From the IMG/VR virus record IMGVR_UViG_3300021141_000001: DNA of 64,000 nt, one strand, 5' to 3'. Under the pieces are notes generated by a model. It was not told where the DNA came from, made no database searches, and saw only the letters and a program-made list of their open reading frames with translations. Both the position numbers and the translations under genes were made by a program. Source of the DNA: a virus. Numbering within the stretch: the stretch's first letter is position 1; the number at the start of each line of letters is the position of its first letter. Positions 28,535-38,736 of this stretch are shown in pieces.

Positions 28535-30397
28535 TTAATGTGCGTGAACAAAACTATAGAATCCTTTACATACATTCGGTAATAAAGGAGCTTTACTTGC
28601 TAAATTTTTACCCCAAGAAGTCTCTGTAAAGATATATCCAAGAGTTGCTAAAATTAAAAGTATCAGTGATATTGTCTCAAATGCTGCGTGTAATCCAGGT
28701 ATAGCATGTGTGAAAAGAGATACTAAGAAGGCTAAAAGGAGACTACCGGCTCCAATCGCTAATCCTTTCCAATTAATTCCCTTTCCTTCTCCACCTTCTG
28801 ATTCGTTAACTTTTTTGAAATCTTCAAATTTACTCACTCTGGATTCCTTGGCTATGGGAATGCCAACTTCTGCCAAAACTTCTTTAGATTTTTCCACTGC
28901 TCCACCTAGCCCAATCATTTCACCAGATTTCTCAATCCATTCTCCTGGTAAATGTGTCGTTAAGGCAAATGATTCAGCAGCAACTCCTGCTATAAAGCCA
29001 ATTAATGTACCAATCATTGTAAATTTAGCAGCGTATGAAACAAGATTTTTCGCACCTTCATATAAAACCCCTAATTTACCTGATAACCACGCTGGTAAAG
29101 CGGCCATTCCTTTTGCCACAACCTCTCCGAGAATTTCCATAAGTTTTCCAAAAGGTGATAAAACCCATAATACTAAATTTTTAACCCAGCCTTTAATTCC
29201 TCTCGATTCGGTTTTTTTACCTTCTTTTTCAACTTGTTCTTCTGTATTGTCAGCCTCAAATATCTTCTCAATTTTAGTTTCGTGAAGTTTAATGAGTTCA
29301 ATTGTATCAAAATTTCTATTCATTGACATATACCCTTTAAGAGAGTCCCAAATAAAACTATCATTGACAACTTCTTTTTTATCTTCTTTTTCAGGAGTAG
29401 ATTCTTTACCTTCTTCAGAATTTCCTTCTTCTCCTGTCGATAAAATTTTATTAGCCGAAGAACTTGCTACTTCCTCAAATGACCCACCAACCGATCCACT
29501 TATTTCACCTCTGAAATATTTCACCATATCTTTGACATCCGCACCAACTGTCTTCACTTCTTCGCCTAATTTAGTGGCATCTACTTTTTCCCCTAATTTT
29601 GTCATTTTCTGAAGTTTAGGCTTCAACCCTGGTAATACTTTTACAGCATGTGTTTTTATGAAACCCCAAACTTTCATCAATACTTCTTTAATCTTAGCCC
29701 AAATCTCTTTAACTATATTAGCAATTTTTTGTGCAAAATCCTTTAATGAGGCATAAACTCCGTCAAATATAGATTTGGATGTTTTCATAAAATCATCAAT
29801 TGAATTGAGAACCTTTTTTGCGGTTGTTTCAATAGCAGCTACTACTTCTGGACCAAATAGTTTTGTTGCTACATTTTTAAGAGCCTCAAGTCCAGGTTTG
29901 AAAATATCTTCAACAATAGAGTCCCAAACAACTTTAGCACTTGAAGAAAGAAAGTTCCAAATCTTAGATAGACCTTTTTTAACAACTTCAGTTCCTGCAT
30001 TTACCTTATCTTTAATCCAATCTACTAAACCTTCACTCATTATAATTGACTCTAAGTTTTCCTCAATTAATTTTATATCAGCTTCTGAAATGTTTTTACT
30101 TTCTAAATAAGTTCTTGTTTCTTTTGCAATATCTTTTATTCCGTCTTGATAAAACTTAGCACACACCATGTTCTTAGTATCCTGAAGTAATTCCTTATCT
30201 TCTAGAATAAGACCATAACTTTCATTGATTCTTATGTTATTTTTAAGATGAATTGTTACAACATCATGTTTTTTACCTTCATAGCAGATTGATTCAAATT
30301 CTCTTATCTTCATATCATTAATGAAACTAATCTTTTGGGCTCTTTTAGTAGCCATTTGCTTTAAGTAAAAATCATTGTATCGATTAAGTCTTGCCAT
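28535..30397 (-). CDS. Large CTS-leader protein with amphipathic helices and TM segments (putative virion-internal)
   Basis: MARLNRYNDF; MSE|GLVDWIKDKV; internal KESRVSKFEDFKKVNE; TAATATATA at 30422-30430 (minus). Confidence 0.7.
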   Translation of the reverse strand: MARLNRYNDFYLKQMATKRAQKISFINDMKIREFESICYEGKKHDVVTIHLKNNIRINESYGLILEDKELLQDTKNMVCAKFYQDGIKDIAKETRTYLESKNISEADIKLIEENLESIIMSEGLVDWIKDKVNAGTEVVKKGLSKIWNFLSSSAKVVWDSIVEDIFKPGLEALKNVATKLFGPEVVAAIETTAKKVLNSIDDFMKTSKSIFDGVYASLKDFAQKIANIVKEIWAKIKEVLMKVWGFIKTHAVKVLPGLKPKLQKMTKLGEKVDATKLGEEVKTVGADVKDMVKYFRGEISGSVGGSFEEVASSSANKILSTGEEGNSEEGKESTPEKEDKKEVVNDSFIWDSLKGYMSMNRNFDTIELIKLHETKIEKIFEADNTEEQVEKEGKKTESRGIKGWVKNLVLWVLSPFGKLMEILGEVVAKGMAALPAWLSGKLGVLYEGAKNLVSYAAKFTMIGTLIGFIAGVAAESFALTTHLPGEWIEKSGEMIGLGGAVEKSKEVLAEVGIPIAKESRVSKFEDFKKVNESEGGEGKGINWKGLAIGAGSLLLAFLVSLFTHAIPGLHAAFETISLILLILATLGYIFTETSWGKNLASKAPLLPNVCKGFYSFVHAH

Positions 30398-30482
30398 ATT
30401 ATATTTTAATTTTTTACAGGATATATATTAAAATATAAACCTTTTTTTTTTCAATTTATATAACCTTAATAAAATTATATCT

Positions 30483-31268
30483 ATGCCAGAGTTAGCAGAA
30501 TTGAAAATAATGTCTGATTATATTAATCAGAATGTCAAAGACAAAACATTTACAAAACTATATCACGTTGAAAAAGGAAATATTCCTGTTGATTCAAATC
30601 TAATTGAAAAATTCAAACTTGAAGCTGACTCTAATGGTAAAGAGTTAGTATTAAAGTTATATAATGATAATGTTGATATTAGTATCTCAGTTTTTATGGG
30701 TATGTCTGGTAATTGGCTTTTTACACCAACAGAAACTTGGTCTGATAGAAAGTTCACTAGAATGAGATTAGATACTACTGATGGTAGTTCACTACTTCTT
30801 TATGGTCTTTATATGGGTCCTAAATATAGAGTTGGTGGCTTTACTGGTGTTAAAAGAGGTCTTGACCCAACTAAAGAATTTGATAGTTTCAAGAATGTAG
30901 TTATATCTAATTTAGATAAAAAGGTTTTTGACAAACCTATTTGTGAGGCTTTATTAGACCAAAAATATTTCAATGGTATTGGTAACTATTTAAGAAGCAC
31001 AATTCTTTATTACTTAGATGTTAATCCTTTTGAAACGGCTAGAACTATTATCAAATCACATCCACAAGTTTTAGATATGTGTAAGGATATTCCTATGAAG
31101 GCATATGAACTAAATGGTGGTCAGTTACAAGATTGGAAGAATCCATTTGATACAGACTTTGAAGAATTCAAAAAATGGGTATTCTATCAAAAAGGAATTT
31201 CTTGTAAAGATAATACCGGAAGAACCTTCTGGTTCAATGAAAAGTGGAAAGATAGTTGTCCATACTAA
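30483..31268 (+). CDS. Fpg/Nei-family DNA glycosylase, NEIL1-like zincless finger
   Basis: N-terminal MPELAE, GKEL, MGMSG, LLDQKYFNGIGNYLR (H2TH), DNTGRTFWF. Confidence 0.88.
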   Translation: MPELAELKIMSDYINQNVKDKTFTKLYHVEKGNIPVDSNLIEKFKLEADSNGKELVLKLYNDNVDISISVFMGMSGNWLFTPTETWSDRKFTRMRLDTTDGSSLLLYGLYMGPKYRVGGFTGVKRGLDPTKEFDSFKNVVISNLDKKVFDKPICEALLDQKYFNGIGNYLRSTILYYLDVNPFETARTIIKSHPQVLDMCKDIPMKAYELNGGQLQDWKNPFDTDFEEFKKWVFYQKGISCKDNTGRTFWFNEKWKDSCPY

Positions 31269-31299
31269 AACATATTTCTATTATTTAATATAATAATTG

Positions 31300-31776
31300 A
31301 TGTTTGATAAAAATTTCAATATTATACATGGTGATAGAATTTCTGGTAGAACAGAGTTTCTATTTAATATTTCTAATAGTTTTAATAAAGTAGGATTAAA
31401 ACTATTTTTCTTATCATGTACAGGTGATATTGAGACTAAAGATAGATTTAATGATATCTTTGATGATTATAGAATTATAAACACATTTGATGAAGTCAAT
31501 AATTATAAAGTAATAGAAGTTGTAAAAGAACTATCTGAAAAAAGAAAGTATAATTTTCTAATTATAGATGATATTGATTACTTGCCAAAATCTTGTGTTG
31601 ATTTATTATCAGAAATAGATACTTCTAAAATTGTAACTTGTTTAAGTGACAATTATAAAAAACTACCTGAAGAATCTAATTTTTATAATATAAGTGATGT
31701 TAGTGATTTATCTAATATTGATGAAATTGTTAAAAAAATAATTAGAGACCAAAAAATAAATTCAGTATTAAAATGA
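31300..31776 (+). CDS. Degenerate RecA/DnaB-like P-loop domain with C-terminal RxxKI tag
   Basis: NIIHGDRISGRTEFL (Walker A with K to R), FLIIDDID (Walker B), ends IIRDQKINSVLK*. Confidence 0.55.
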   Translation: MFDKNFNIIHGDRISGRTEFLFNISNSFNKVGLKLFFLSCTGDIETKDRFNDIFDDYRIINTFDEVNNYKVIEVVKELSEKRKYNFLIIDDIDYLPKSCVDLLSEIDTSKIVTCLSDNYKKLPEESNFYNISDVSDLSNIDEIVKKIIRDQKINSVLK

Positions 31777-32612
31777 TTAAAGCAGATAAATATTACATCG
31801 ATAATCTAAATCGAATTGTCTTAGAAGATGGTGACGGAACTTGGGATGAGAATCCAAGACCAAAGTATATTGATGGTCAACCTGGTCATAGTAAATTTAT
31901 AACTCAAATATTTGAAGAGTATGATTTATCAAAAGGAGAGTTTCCAATTACTACATTAAGAAACACCGCAATTAAAACAGGTATCAGAGAGATACTTTGG
32001 ATTTATCAAAAACAATCTAACTCATTAGAAGTTGCTAGAGAAATGGGTATTAACTGGTGGGATGAATGGAATGTTGGTGATGGTACAATTGGTCAGCGAT
32101 ATGGTGCTACTGTTCAAAGATATGACTTAATGAATAAGTTATTGAAGTCTTTGAAAGAAGATCCTTTTTCAAGAAGACATATAATGAATATGTACCAAGA
32201 GTCTGATATGGCTGAAACTAAAGGTTTACATCCTTGTGCTTATGAAACTATTTGGTCAGTTAGAAAAATTAATGATACTTACTATTTAGATATGACTTTG
32301 AATCAAAGAAGTAACGACTATATTATGGCTGGATATATAAATAAAATTCAGTATGTGGCTTTACAAATGATGGTTGCTTCACATTTAGGTTATAAAGTGG
32401 GTAAGTTCTGTCATTTTGTTCAAAATCTTCATGTTTATGATAGACATTTTGATGCGGCATCAGAGTTATTAAATAGAACACCACTAGAACAACAACCTAG
32501 AATTGAGTTATTATCTAATAAGTCATTTTATGATTTTACAGTAGATGATTTCAAAGTAATTGATACTGATGGTATTAAAAAAATAGAAAGTAAGCTAGAG
32601 ATAGCTATATAA
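31773..32612 (+). CDS. thyA: Thymidylate synthase
   Basis: FPITTLR, EILWI, DPFSRRH, LHPCAY, QRSND, NLHVYDRH. Confidence 0.93.
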   Translation: MIKADKYYIDNLNRIVLEDGDGTWDENPRPKYIDGQPGHSKFITQIFEEYDLSKGEFPITTLRNTAIKTGIREILWIYQKQSNSLEVAREMGINWWDEWNVGDGTIGQRYGATVQRYDLMNKLLKSLKEDPFSRRHIMNMYQESDMAETKGLHPCAYETIWSVRKINDTYYLDMTLNQRSNDYIMAGYINKIQYVALQMMVASHLGYKVGKFCHFVQNLHVYDRHFDAASELLNRTPLEQQPRIELLSNKSFYDFTVDDFKVIDTDGIKKIESKLEIAI

Positions 32613-32625
32613 AATAATTATTAAT

Positions 32626-33096
32626 ATGGGAAGATATGATAATTTAGTAGAACAAATAAAGACAATTGACACTGAAGTTGTTAAAGATTGGAATAAGAAT
32701 ACAGATCCAGCTATGAAAATTCTTGAAGAACAGAAGGTTTATATTTGGATAAGACTTTATTTAAAAGAGGAATCTGATGTTGAGATTGGTGATGATATTT
32801 TTATGACATATACGCCAAGTGGTGAGAAATTAGAAACTAAATTTATTTGTTTTGGAAAAGAGGGTATGGAAAAGGATAACGATGGATTAGTTAATTGGAA
32901 TTCAGAAGAAAATAAGAAAGTTCTTTGTTTAATGGTTAATCAAGATAAGATAAACAAAGGAACTGATATACCATTTATTAGAACATTATTTAAGACAGGA
33001 ATTCACTACGAATATCAATTAGTAAGAAGAGATGAATTATTATTCATTAATAGTAGAACTGGTGAGACTTTAGACTATTTTGACTGTGATTATTAA
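32626..33096 (+). CDS. Hypothetical protein
   Basis: ORF only. Confidence 0.65.
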   Translation: MGRYDNLVEQIKTIDTEVVKDWNKNTDPAMKILEEQKVYIWIRLYLKEESDVEIGDDIFMTYTPSGEKLETKFICFGKEGMEKDNDGLVNWNSEENKKVLCLMVNQDKINKGTDIPFIRTLFKTGIHYEYQLVRRDELLFINSRTGETLDYFDCDY

Positions 33097-33168
33097 AAAA
33101 AATTTAAAAATGTAAAAAAAATGAGTTTTTCAATATAATATATACATTATAAAAATAAACTAATAGAC

Positions 33169-33711
33169 ATGAGATATTTAAAAACTTATGAATCATTTTC
33201 AACAAACGAAGAGTTCTTAGGTGGACTTTGGAACAAAATTAGTTCAGCATTCGCTAATTGGAAAAATGAAAAATTGAAAAATGCTGGTGAAAAACTAGCT
33301 AAGGCAATTGAAGAAAAGAAAGACCAACCAGAAATGGCTAAGGCTCTTGCTGACTTAAAATCTGCTTATGCTTCTTTACCACAAGAAGATAAAGCTAAAA
33401 TTGAATCACTTAAAGATGAGAAAAATATTCCTGTTCATACTGAAGCTTCTACAGAAGAAGAAATAATGGCTGAATCACTTCTTCTTGAAGAAGAAGGATT
33501 AGCTATGAAAATTATTGGTTGGTTAGGTTTATCTGCTAGTGCTATTTCTTTTGTAACTTTAATCGTTACTGTTGTTCAAATAGCAATCGCTGGTTCTGGT
33601 TTCCCACTTACATTATTTGGATTATCATTAGGTACTTTAGGTGCTATCTGTATGGTCGCTGTGATGGTATTTGGTATCGGTGGTAGTATGGCAATGGAAT
33701 ATGCTGACTAA
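33169..33711 (+). CDS. CTS-leader protein with two TM helices
   Basis: MRYLKTYESFSTNE|EFLGGLWNKI; LEEE|GLAMKIIGWL; TAATATATA at 33136-44. Confidence 0.72.
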   Translation: MRYLKTYESFSTNEEFLGGLWNKISSAFANWKNEKLKNAGEKLAKAIEEKKDQPEMAKALADLKSAYASLPQEDKAKIESLKDEKNIPVHTEASTEEEIMAESLLLEEEGLAMKIIGWLGLSASAISFVTLIVTVVQIAIAGSGFPLTLFGLSLGTLGAICMVAVMVFGIGGSMAMEYAD

Positions 33712-33732
33712 TTAAAATATTAAACAATATAT

Positions 33733-33767
33733 AAAAAGGAGATAATATTAATTATCTCCTTTTTTTT
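33733..33767. terminator. Bidirectional terminator
   Basis: AAAAAGGAGATAAT-ATTA-ATTATCTCCTTTTTTTT. Confidence 0.75.
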
Positions 33768-33978
33768 CTGCCAAGATTTTTTCAACTTCAGCGTCAATTC
33801 CACTAACTCTTAAAGTCCACTTAGTTAAGAAAAAGTTTCCAGCTAATACAGCTAATTGAAATGGAAAACTAGTTAAGATTTGTTTTTGACCTCCTAAGAA
33901 GTATAAAGCGAATACAAACATAGCTAAAGAAACTGTGTGATGAATTGCTTTGTAGTTTTTACAGTATAATGTTTTCAT
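33748..33978 (-). CDS. Small two-TM membrane protein with a host-type promoter
   Basis: Hydrophobic ORF; minus-strand TTTG (34032-35)-N19-TATCTTTG (34005-12). Confidence 0.65.
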   Translation of the reverse strand: MKTLYCKNYKAIHHTVSLAMFVFALYFLGGQKQILTSFPFQLAVLAGNFFLTKWTLRVSGIDAEVEKILAEKKGDN

Positions 33979-34093
33979 GTTGTAGTGATTTTTTAATTGT
34001 TTAACAAAGATAAGCTATTTTATCTAAATACCAAAAATAAAATAACTTTTTTCTAAAAAATATCTATAACTCATGTAAAAATAAATAGAATAG

Positions 34094-35620
34094 ATGTTAG
34101 TTGAAACACAATACTTAACAAATAGTAAGAAATTAGTAGTTAGTTACGTTGATAAAACCGGTGATATAAAGCTTAAATATTATAATTGGGAAGATCCAAT
34201 GAAATATGTTGCTTGTGAAGATACAGATGTACAAAAACATCCTGAGTTTAGATCATGGGATGGTAAATCTGTAAAACAAATAGAAGTAAATCACCCTGAT
34301 AGATATGCTATCTATGAGTTCTTGGATGGTTTACCTGAATCAGAAAAAAATGAAATATTTGAATTTAATCTTCCTAAGATTTATTTTATAGATATTGAAA
34401 CCGAAATCGTTGATGGTTTCCCGGAAGCGGCTGATGTTAAAGACCAAGATGGTAATGTAACAAAAGAAGGTGCTTCTACTCAAGTTCTTTCAATTTCAAT
34501 TGTATATGATGATAAAATCATTCTTTTAGGTCTTAAAGAAATGTCAGAAGAAGTTCAAGAAAGAATTACAAATAACACTAATAAATACTTTGAGAAGTTT
34601 GGTACTGAATATAAATTCAAATACATTAAATATGATGATGAGTTTGATATGCTTTATGCTTTCTTCTATAAGATGATTCCTAAGATGCCAATTCTAACTG
34701 GATGGAACTTTCTTCAGTATGACTGGTTATATTTAGTGAATCGTTCTAGAAAGATTTCTAAATGGGTAAATGGTAAAGAATATAAAATTGATCCAGCTGT
34801 TTCATCTTTGACAAAAAGAATGAATAAGATTTGGTCTACTGAATTTGAAGTACCTGCTCATCGAATGATTTTTGATTACATGCAACTTTATGAAATATGT
34901 GATACTTCTATTAAAGTAAAAGAGTCATCATCATTAGATTTCGTTGCTAATAAATTAGTTGGTGTTGAAAAGATTAAATATAATGGTTCATTACAAAAAC
35001 TTTATGAAGATGATTTTGAAACATTTATGTATTATAACGCAGTTGATAGTGTTCTAGTACAAAAGATTCATGAAGCTCGTAACTATATCTCAATTATTTA
35101 TGCGATTTCATCATTGGCTCAAATTAGAATCATCGATGTTGTTTCTCAAATGAATAATGCTCTAGGTTCTTTGGCTATTACAGAAGGCGTTTTAAGAAAT
35201 AGATTCCGTAAGATGGACAACATTGTACTTTTCCGAGATGAAAGAGGTGATGCTGATTCTACAATTGCTGGTGGTTGGGTAAAAGATCCTGTGGTCGGTA
35301 TGAATCAGTGGTGTGTTACTTATGACTTTGCCTCACTTTATCCAACAACTCAAAGACAATTCTTTATTGCTCCTGAAACATTTATTGGTCTTCAAGATGA
35401 AAAAGATAAATCTAAGTGTACTAACGGTAGACCTATCGATCCTGATAAACACGTTCTTTGTATCAATGGTGTTGTATTTGAAAAAAGAATATCTCCAACT
35501 TTAAATATGCTTGAAGACGTTTATGCTGATAGAAAGAAAGCTAAGAAAGTCATGATGGATAAAAAAGAAGATTTGAAGAAGATTTTAGACGAAATCAAAC
35601 AGTTAGAGGCGGAAATTTAA
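34094..35620 (+). CDS. Family-B DNA polymerase, N-terminal subunit of a split enzyme (gp43A-like)
   Basis: Exo I FIDIETE, Exo II TGWNFLQYDW, Exo III YNAVD, motif A YDFASLYP; stops in the fingers (YADRKKAK...) before motifs B and C. Confidence 0.85.
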   Translation: MLVETQYLTNSKKLVVSYVDKTGDIKLKYYNWEDPMKYVACEDTDVQKHPEFRSWDGKSVKQIEVNHPDRYAIYEFLDGLPESEKNEIFEFNLPKIYFIDIETEIVDGFPEAADVKDQDGNVTKEGASTQVLSISIVYDDKIILLGLKEMSEEVQERITNNTNKYFEKFGTEYKFKYIKYDDEFDMLYAFFYKMIPKMPILTGWNFLQYDWLYLVNRSRKISKWVNGKEYKIDPAVSSLTKRMNKIWSTEFEVPAHRMIFDYMQLYEICDTSIKVKESSSLDFVANKLVGVEKIKYNGSLQKLYEDDFETFMYYNAVDSVLVQKIHEARNYISIIYAISSLAQIRIIDVVSQMNNALGSLAITEGVLRNRFRKMDNIVLFRDERGDADSTIAGGWVKDPVVGMNQWCVTYDFASLYPTTQRQFFIAPETFIGLQDEKDKSKCTNGRPIDPDKHVLCINGVVFEKRISPTLNMLEDVYADRKKAKKVMMDKKEDLKKILDEIKQLEAEI

Positions 35621-35669
35621 CAAAATAGATTTTACTTTTTAATATATACAGAAAAATAAAATATTTTTT

Positions 35670-38060
35670 ATGGAAATTAAAAAGTTTTCTGATTTTGAAT
35701 ATCTTAACGAAGAAGAGAATCTTTGGGGTAATATAAAATACGGTCTTAGTAAACTAGGTAGATATAAAGCTAATGGTAAAATCTTTGGTAAAGGCGAAAC
35801 TGATAAAAAAGCCGCTGAAGAAATTGGTAGAATTATGGGTAATACTACTAATGCTGCTCTTAGTGCTGTTTATGATAAAGTAAAAGAAAAATCACCTGAG
35901 TGGCCCAATGATAAAAGTAGAGTTGCTTTTTTAAGAGGTGTTTTAATGTATGGTCAATTCTATGACTCTATTGTTGCTGCCGCTGAAAAAAGTCCAGAGG
36001 AAGAAGGATATTTAGATCCAGAAGTTGCTAATAAACTTATTGAGAATACAAGAAAGGTTGTTAAAAAAGCATTAGATACTGATTTAGCGGCGGTTTATTC
36101 TGTGATGGATTCTAATAATTCTATTGATTTAAACAAAGAAGAATTACTTTTTGAAGAAATATTTAATTTAGAAAATGAGCCTATTAATGAGGAGTTCTTA
36201 AAGAAGTTAGGTCAGTTAAAAGACAAAGCTATGGATGCTCTTTTTGGTAAAAAAGATGAAGATTCAGAAGCTAGAAAAGCTGGAAACAGACAATCTGCTA
36301 AGTTACAAGGTGCTGGAGACGACAACGTTGTTGATAGTGAGAGAATGAAAACTCTTAAATCTAATAAACTTCCTTTAATTTTAGCTGGAGTTGGTGGTGC
36401 TTTAGGTGCTATTGGTTGGATTGCTCAAACTCAATGGTTTAAAGACTTAATTACTACAACAATTAAACACCCTGCTCAGTTTGGTGAGAAAACATTTACA
36501 ACTACTGTTGAGAATAATCTTAAAGTAGATCCAAAAGGATGGTCATATACTATTCAAAATAATGGATTTATGGATGCTACTGGTAAATCATTGAATTTCA
36601 ATCAACCAGTTGGTAACTTAAAAGACGCTTTCAGTTTCTATGGTGGTGGTGATCAGGCAAAAGGTATTGAAGCTATGTCGAGCTTCTTAGGAGGTGGCGG
36701 AAAAGCTTCTTCTGTTGCTGATATTACTAGTCAATTAGCAAATCCAGCAAATAAAACAGTTGGTGATATTTTTAATCATCTTGAAGGAACTTGGGGAGAT
36801 AACGTTTTAATGAACCAAAATGGTGGTGCTAAAAGTTTTATTGCTAAACAAGTTTATACTCAAACTAAAAAAGTTTTAATTAGAGCTGGTTTTACAACAA
36901 CTACAACATCTGCTGCTGGTAGTTATTTAATTTCAATAGCTCCTGTTCTTTCAGCTTTAGGTATTGCTCTTATTGGTGCCGGTGCTGTTGTTAAATTATT
37001 AAGAGAAAAAGGACAAAGACAATCAAGAGCTAAAACTCTTAACGATTTATTACAATCATTAGTTTTAGTTAAAATAACAGATAAAAATAAATCTAAAGGT
37101 GAAGAAGAAGGAACTGGAAAAGATGAAGAAATAAATACTACTGATGTTCCAACTGAAAAGTCAATTTATCCTTTAATGATTAAAAACCTTACTCAATTAA
37201 AAAGTTTAATTATTACTTCTGCTGGTGTTAAACTAGAAGGTGAAGGTGGTGATAAAGGTGCTGGTAATATTAAAATTGGTAAAGAGTATTACTTTACAAA
37301 TAAAAAAGGAGATAAGAAAAAAGTTAAAGTTATTTCATTAACACACGATACAACAGTTGGTAAAGATAGAACTTGGTTAACTAAAGATGATGTGAAACAA
37401 ACAACTTTATCTAAAGGAAAAGCATCTGTTATCTTCAAAGATAAAAAAGGTGAATATACTGCTAGTTCTCCAGAAATGGCTGTTAATTTTGACCAATTAA
37501 GTCCAGTTAAAGAGTCAATCTCAATTAGTAAGTTTGATGATATCGTATTAGAAGATAAAAAAATTGGTACTCAAAGAAATGTTGAAGTAACTAAAGGTGA
37601 AGATTATTTAACACAAGCAGTTTCTAATATTAGAAAATCTCTTAAAAGTATTGTTGATGAGAAAGATAAAGGAGTTGGAATAACTGAAGATTTTATACAA
37701 GCTATACTAGACAAGAAAATGGATTCTGAAACTAAAGCTCCAGTTAAAGAATTATACGCTGAAGTTTATGATTATTTATATGGTAAAAAGGCTAGCACTT
37801 TGGGAGATTTTGCTCCTTTGTATAAAGAAAGTGTTGATGTTATATCTAACAAAGGTAAACGTCAAGTAGTAGCTGAAAAAATGGCGAGATTTACAAAAAG
37901 ATCTTTACAATTTGAAGGTGAAGGATTCTATGGTGGAATGGGTGAGTTTGGTGCTGACTTACAAGATTTTAATAAGTCATTCAAACAAATTATGAGTTAC
38001 TTCAAAGAAAAGAAAGACGAAGTTAAAGAAAGTAAAATTTACAAATTCAAAGATATGTAA
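35670..38060 (+). CDS. Large CTS-leader protein with TM helices (putative virion-internal)
   Basis: MEIKKFSDFEYLNE; two hydrophobic Gly-rich helices; motif repeated internally and at the C-terminus; TAATATATA at 35640-48. Confidence 0.72.
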   Translation: MEIKKFSDFEYLNEEENLWGNIKYGLSKLGRYKANGKIFGKGETDKKAAEEIGRIMGNTTNAALSAVYDKVKEKSPEWPNDKSRVAFLRGVLMYGQFYDSIVAAAEKSPEEEGYLDPEVANKLIENTRKVVKKALDTDLAAVYSVMDSNNSIDLNKEELLFEEIFNLENEPINEEFLKKLGQLKDKAMDALFGKKDEDSEARKAGNRQSAKLQGAGDDNVVDSERMKTLKSNKLPLILAGVGGALGAIGWIAQTQWFKDLITTTIKHPAQFGEKTFTTTVENNLKVDPKGWSYTIQNNGFMDATGKSLNFNQPVGNLKDAFSFYGGGDQAKGIEAMSSFLGGGGKASSVADITSQLANPANKTVGDIFNHLEGTWGDNVLMNQNGGAKSFIAKQVYTQTKKVLIRAGFTTTTTSAAGSYLISIAPVLSALGIALIGAGAVVKLLREKGQRQSRAKTLNDLLQSLVLVKITDKNKSKGEEEGTGKDEEINTTDVPTEKSIYPLMIKNLTQLKSLIITSAGVKLEGEGGDKGAGNIKIGKEYYFTNKKGDKKKVKVISLTHDTTVGKDRTWLTKDDVKQTTLSKGKASVIFKDKKGEYTASSPEMAVNFDQLSPVKESISISKFDDIVLEDKKIGTQRNVEVTKGEDYLTQAVSNIRKSLKSIVDEKDKGVGITEDFIQAILDKKMDSETKAPVKELYAEVYDYLYGKKASTLGDFAPLYKESVDVISNKGKRQVVAEKMARFTKRSLQFEGEGFYGGMGEFGADLQDFNKSFKQIMSYFKEKKDEVKESKIYKFKDM

Positions 38061-38065
38061 AAAAG

Positions 38066-38093
38066 AAACCTCTGAGAAATCAGAGGTTTTTTT
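38066..38093. terminator. Bidirectional terminator (variant of 11251-11280)
   Basis: AAACCTCTGA-GAAA-TCAGAGGTTTTTTT. Confidence 0.85.
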
Positions 38094-38736
38094 ATACCTT
38101 AACAGGTGTGAAATCAAAGTTAGGTAATTTTTCTCGAACTACTTTAGTAGCTCTTTTAATATATTTAGCATTGTCATCATAGAAGATAGCTTTTTGAAAT
38201 CCTGTTTCATTTATTATTTCTACTATTCTTTCACCTTTCCAATGTCCAGAATTTTTTGTTCCATTTGGAGCCATATGTAAACCGTATTTAGGTAATTCTA
38301 ATCCTAAGTCTAATAATGTTCTAGTTATCTTATTTCTTAGTGATTCTTCTCTAGCTGTTACTATACATTTATTTTCAACTGATTTGTATAATTCTGAAAG
38401 ATCTTTTAATGTACTTGGTAAACTTAAATCTGATAAGTGAAAAGCATTTGGAGTGAACATATATAATCTATCTCCTTTTCTAACCCAGTTACCGAACTCT
38501 TTAAGCTCTTTATTAGGGTCAAGTACATAGATTCTACCATCTTGCCATTTTAGGTCGTCTAATGTAACGCCTACTCTATTTATAGATTGATTTAATAAGT
38601 CTTTGATTGTTATATCTTCCTTTAGATAATTTATAGCTAATTCATCAAAACTTGGCGAATTCACAAGCGTGTCATCAAAGTCAAAAATGTAAAGCACATT
38701 CTCGCTTGTAAATTCATTGTAGTTTTTAATCTTCAT
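38092..38736 (-). CDS. HAD-superfamily phosphatase with CTS-like leader
   Basis: LYIFDFDDTL (motif I), IVTAR (II), WKG (III), FYDDN (IV); leader MKIKNYNEF. Confidence 0.8.
   Translation of the reverse strand: MKIKNYNEFTSENVLYIFDFDDTLVNSPSFDELAINYLKEDITIKDLLNQSINRVGVTLDDLKWQDGRIYVLDPNKELKEFGNWVRKGDRLYMFTPNAFHLSDLSLPSTLKDLSELYKSVENKCIVTAREESLRNKITRTLLDLGLELPKYGLHMAPNGTKNSGHWKGERIVEIINETGFQKAIFYDDNAKYIKRATKVVREKLPNFDFTPVKV

Noticed and set aside
28710-30110. Plus-strand ORFs of 106-191 aa, and similar shadows at 40704, 43599, 63413 and 63579
   Set aside because: They lie antisense to longer genes that have promoters and motifs, and show the S/F/L-rich composition typical of shadow frames.
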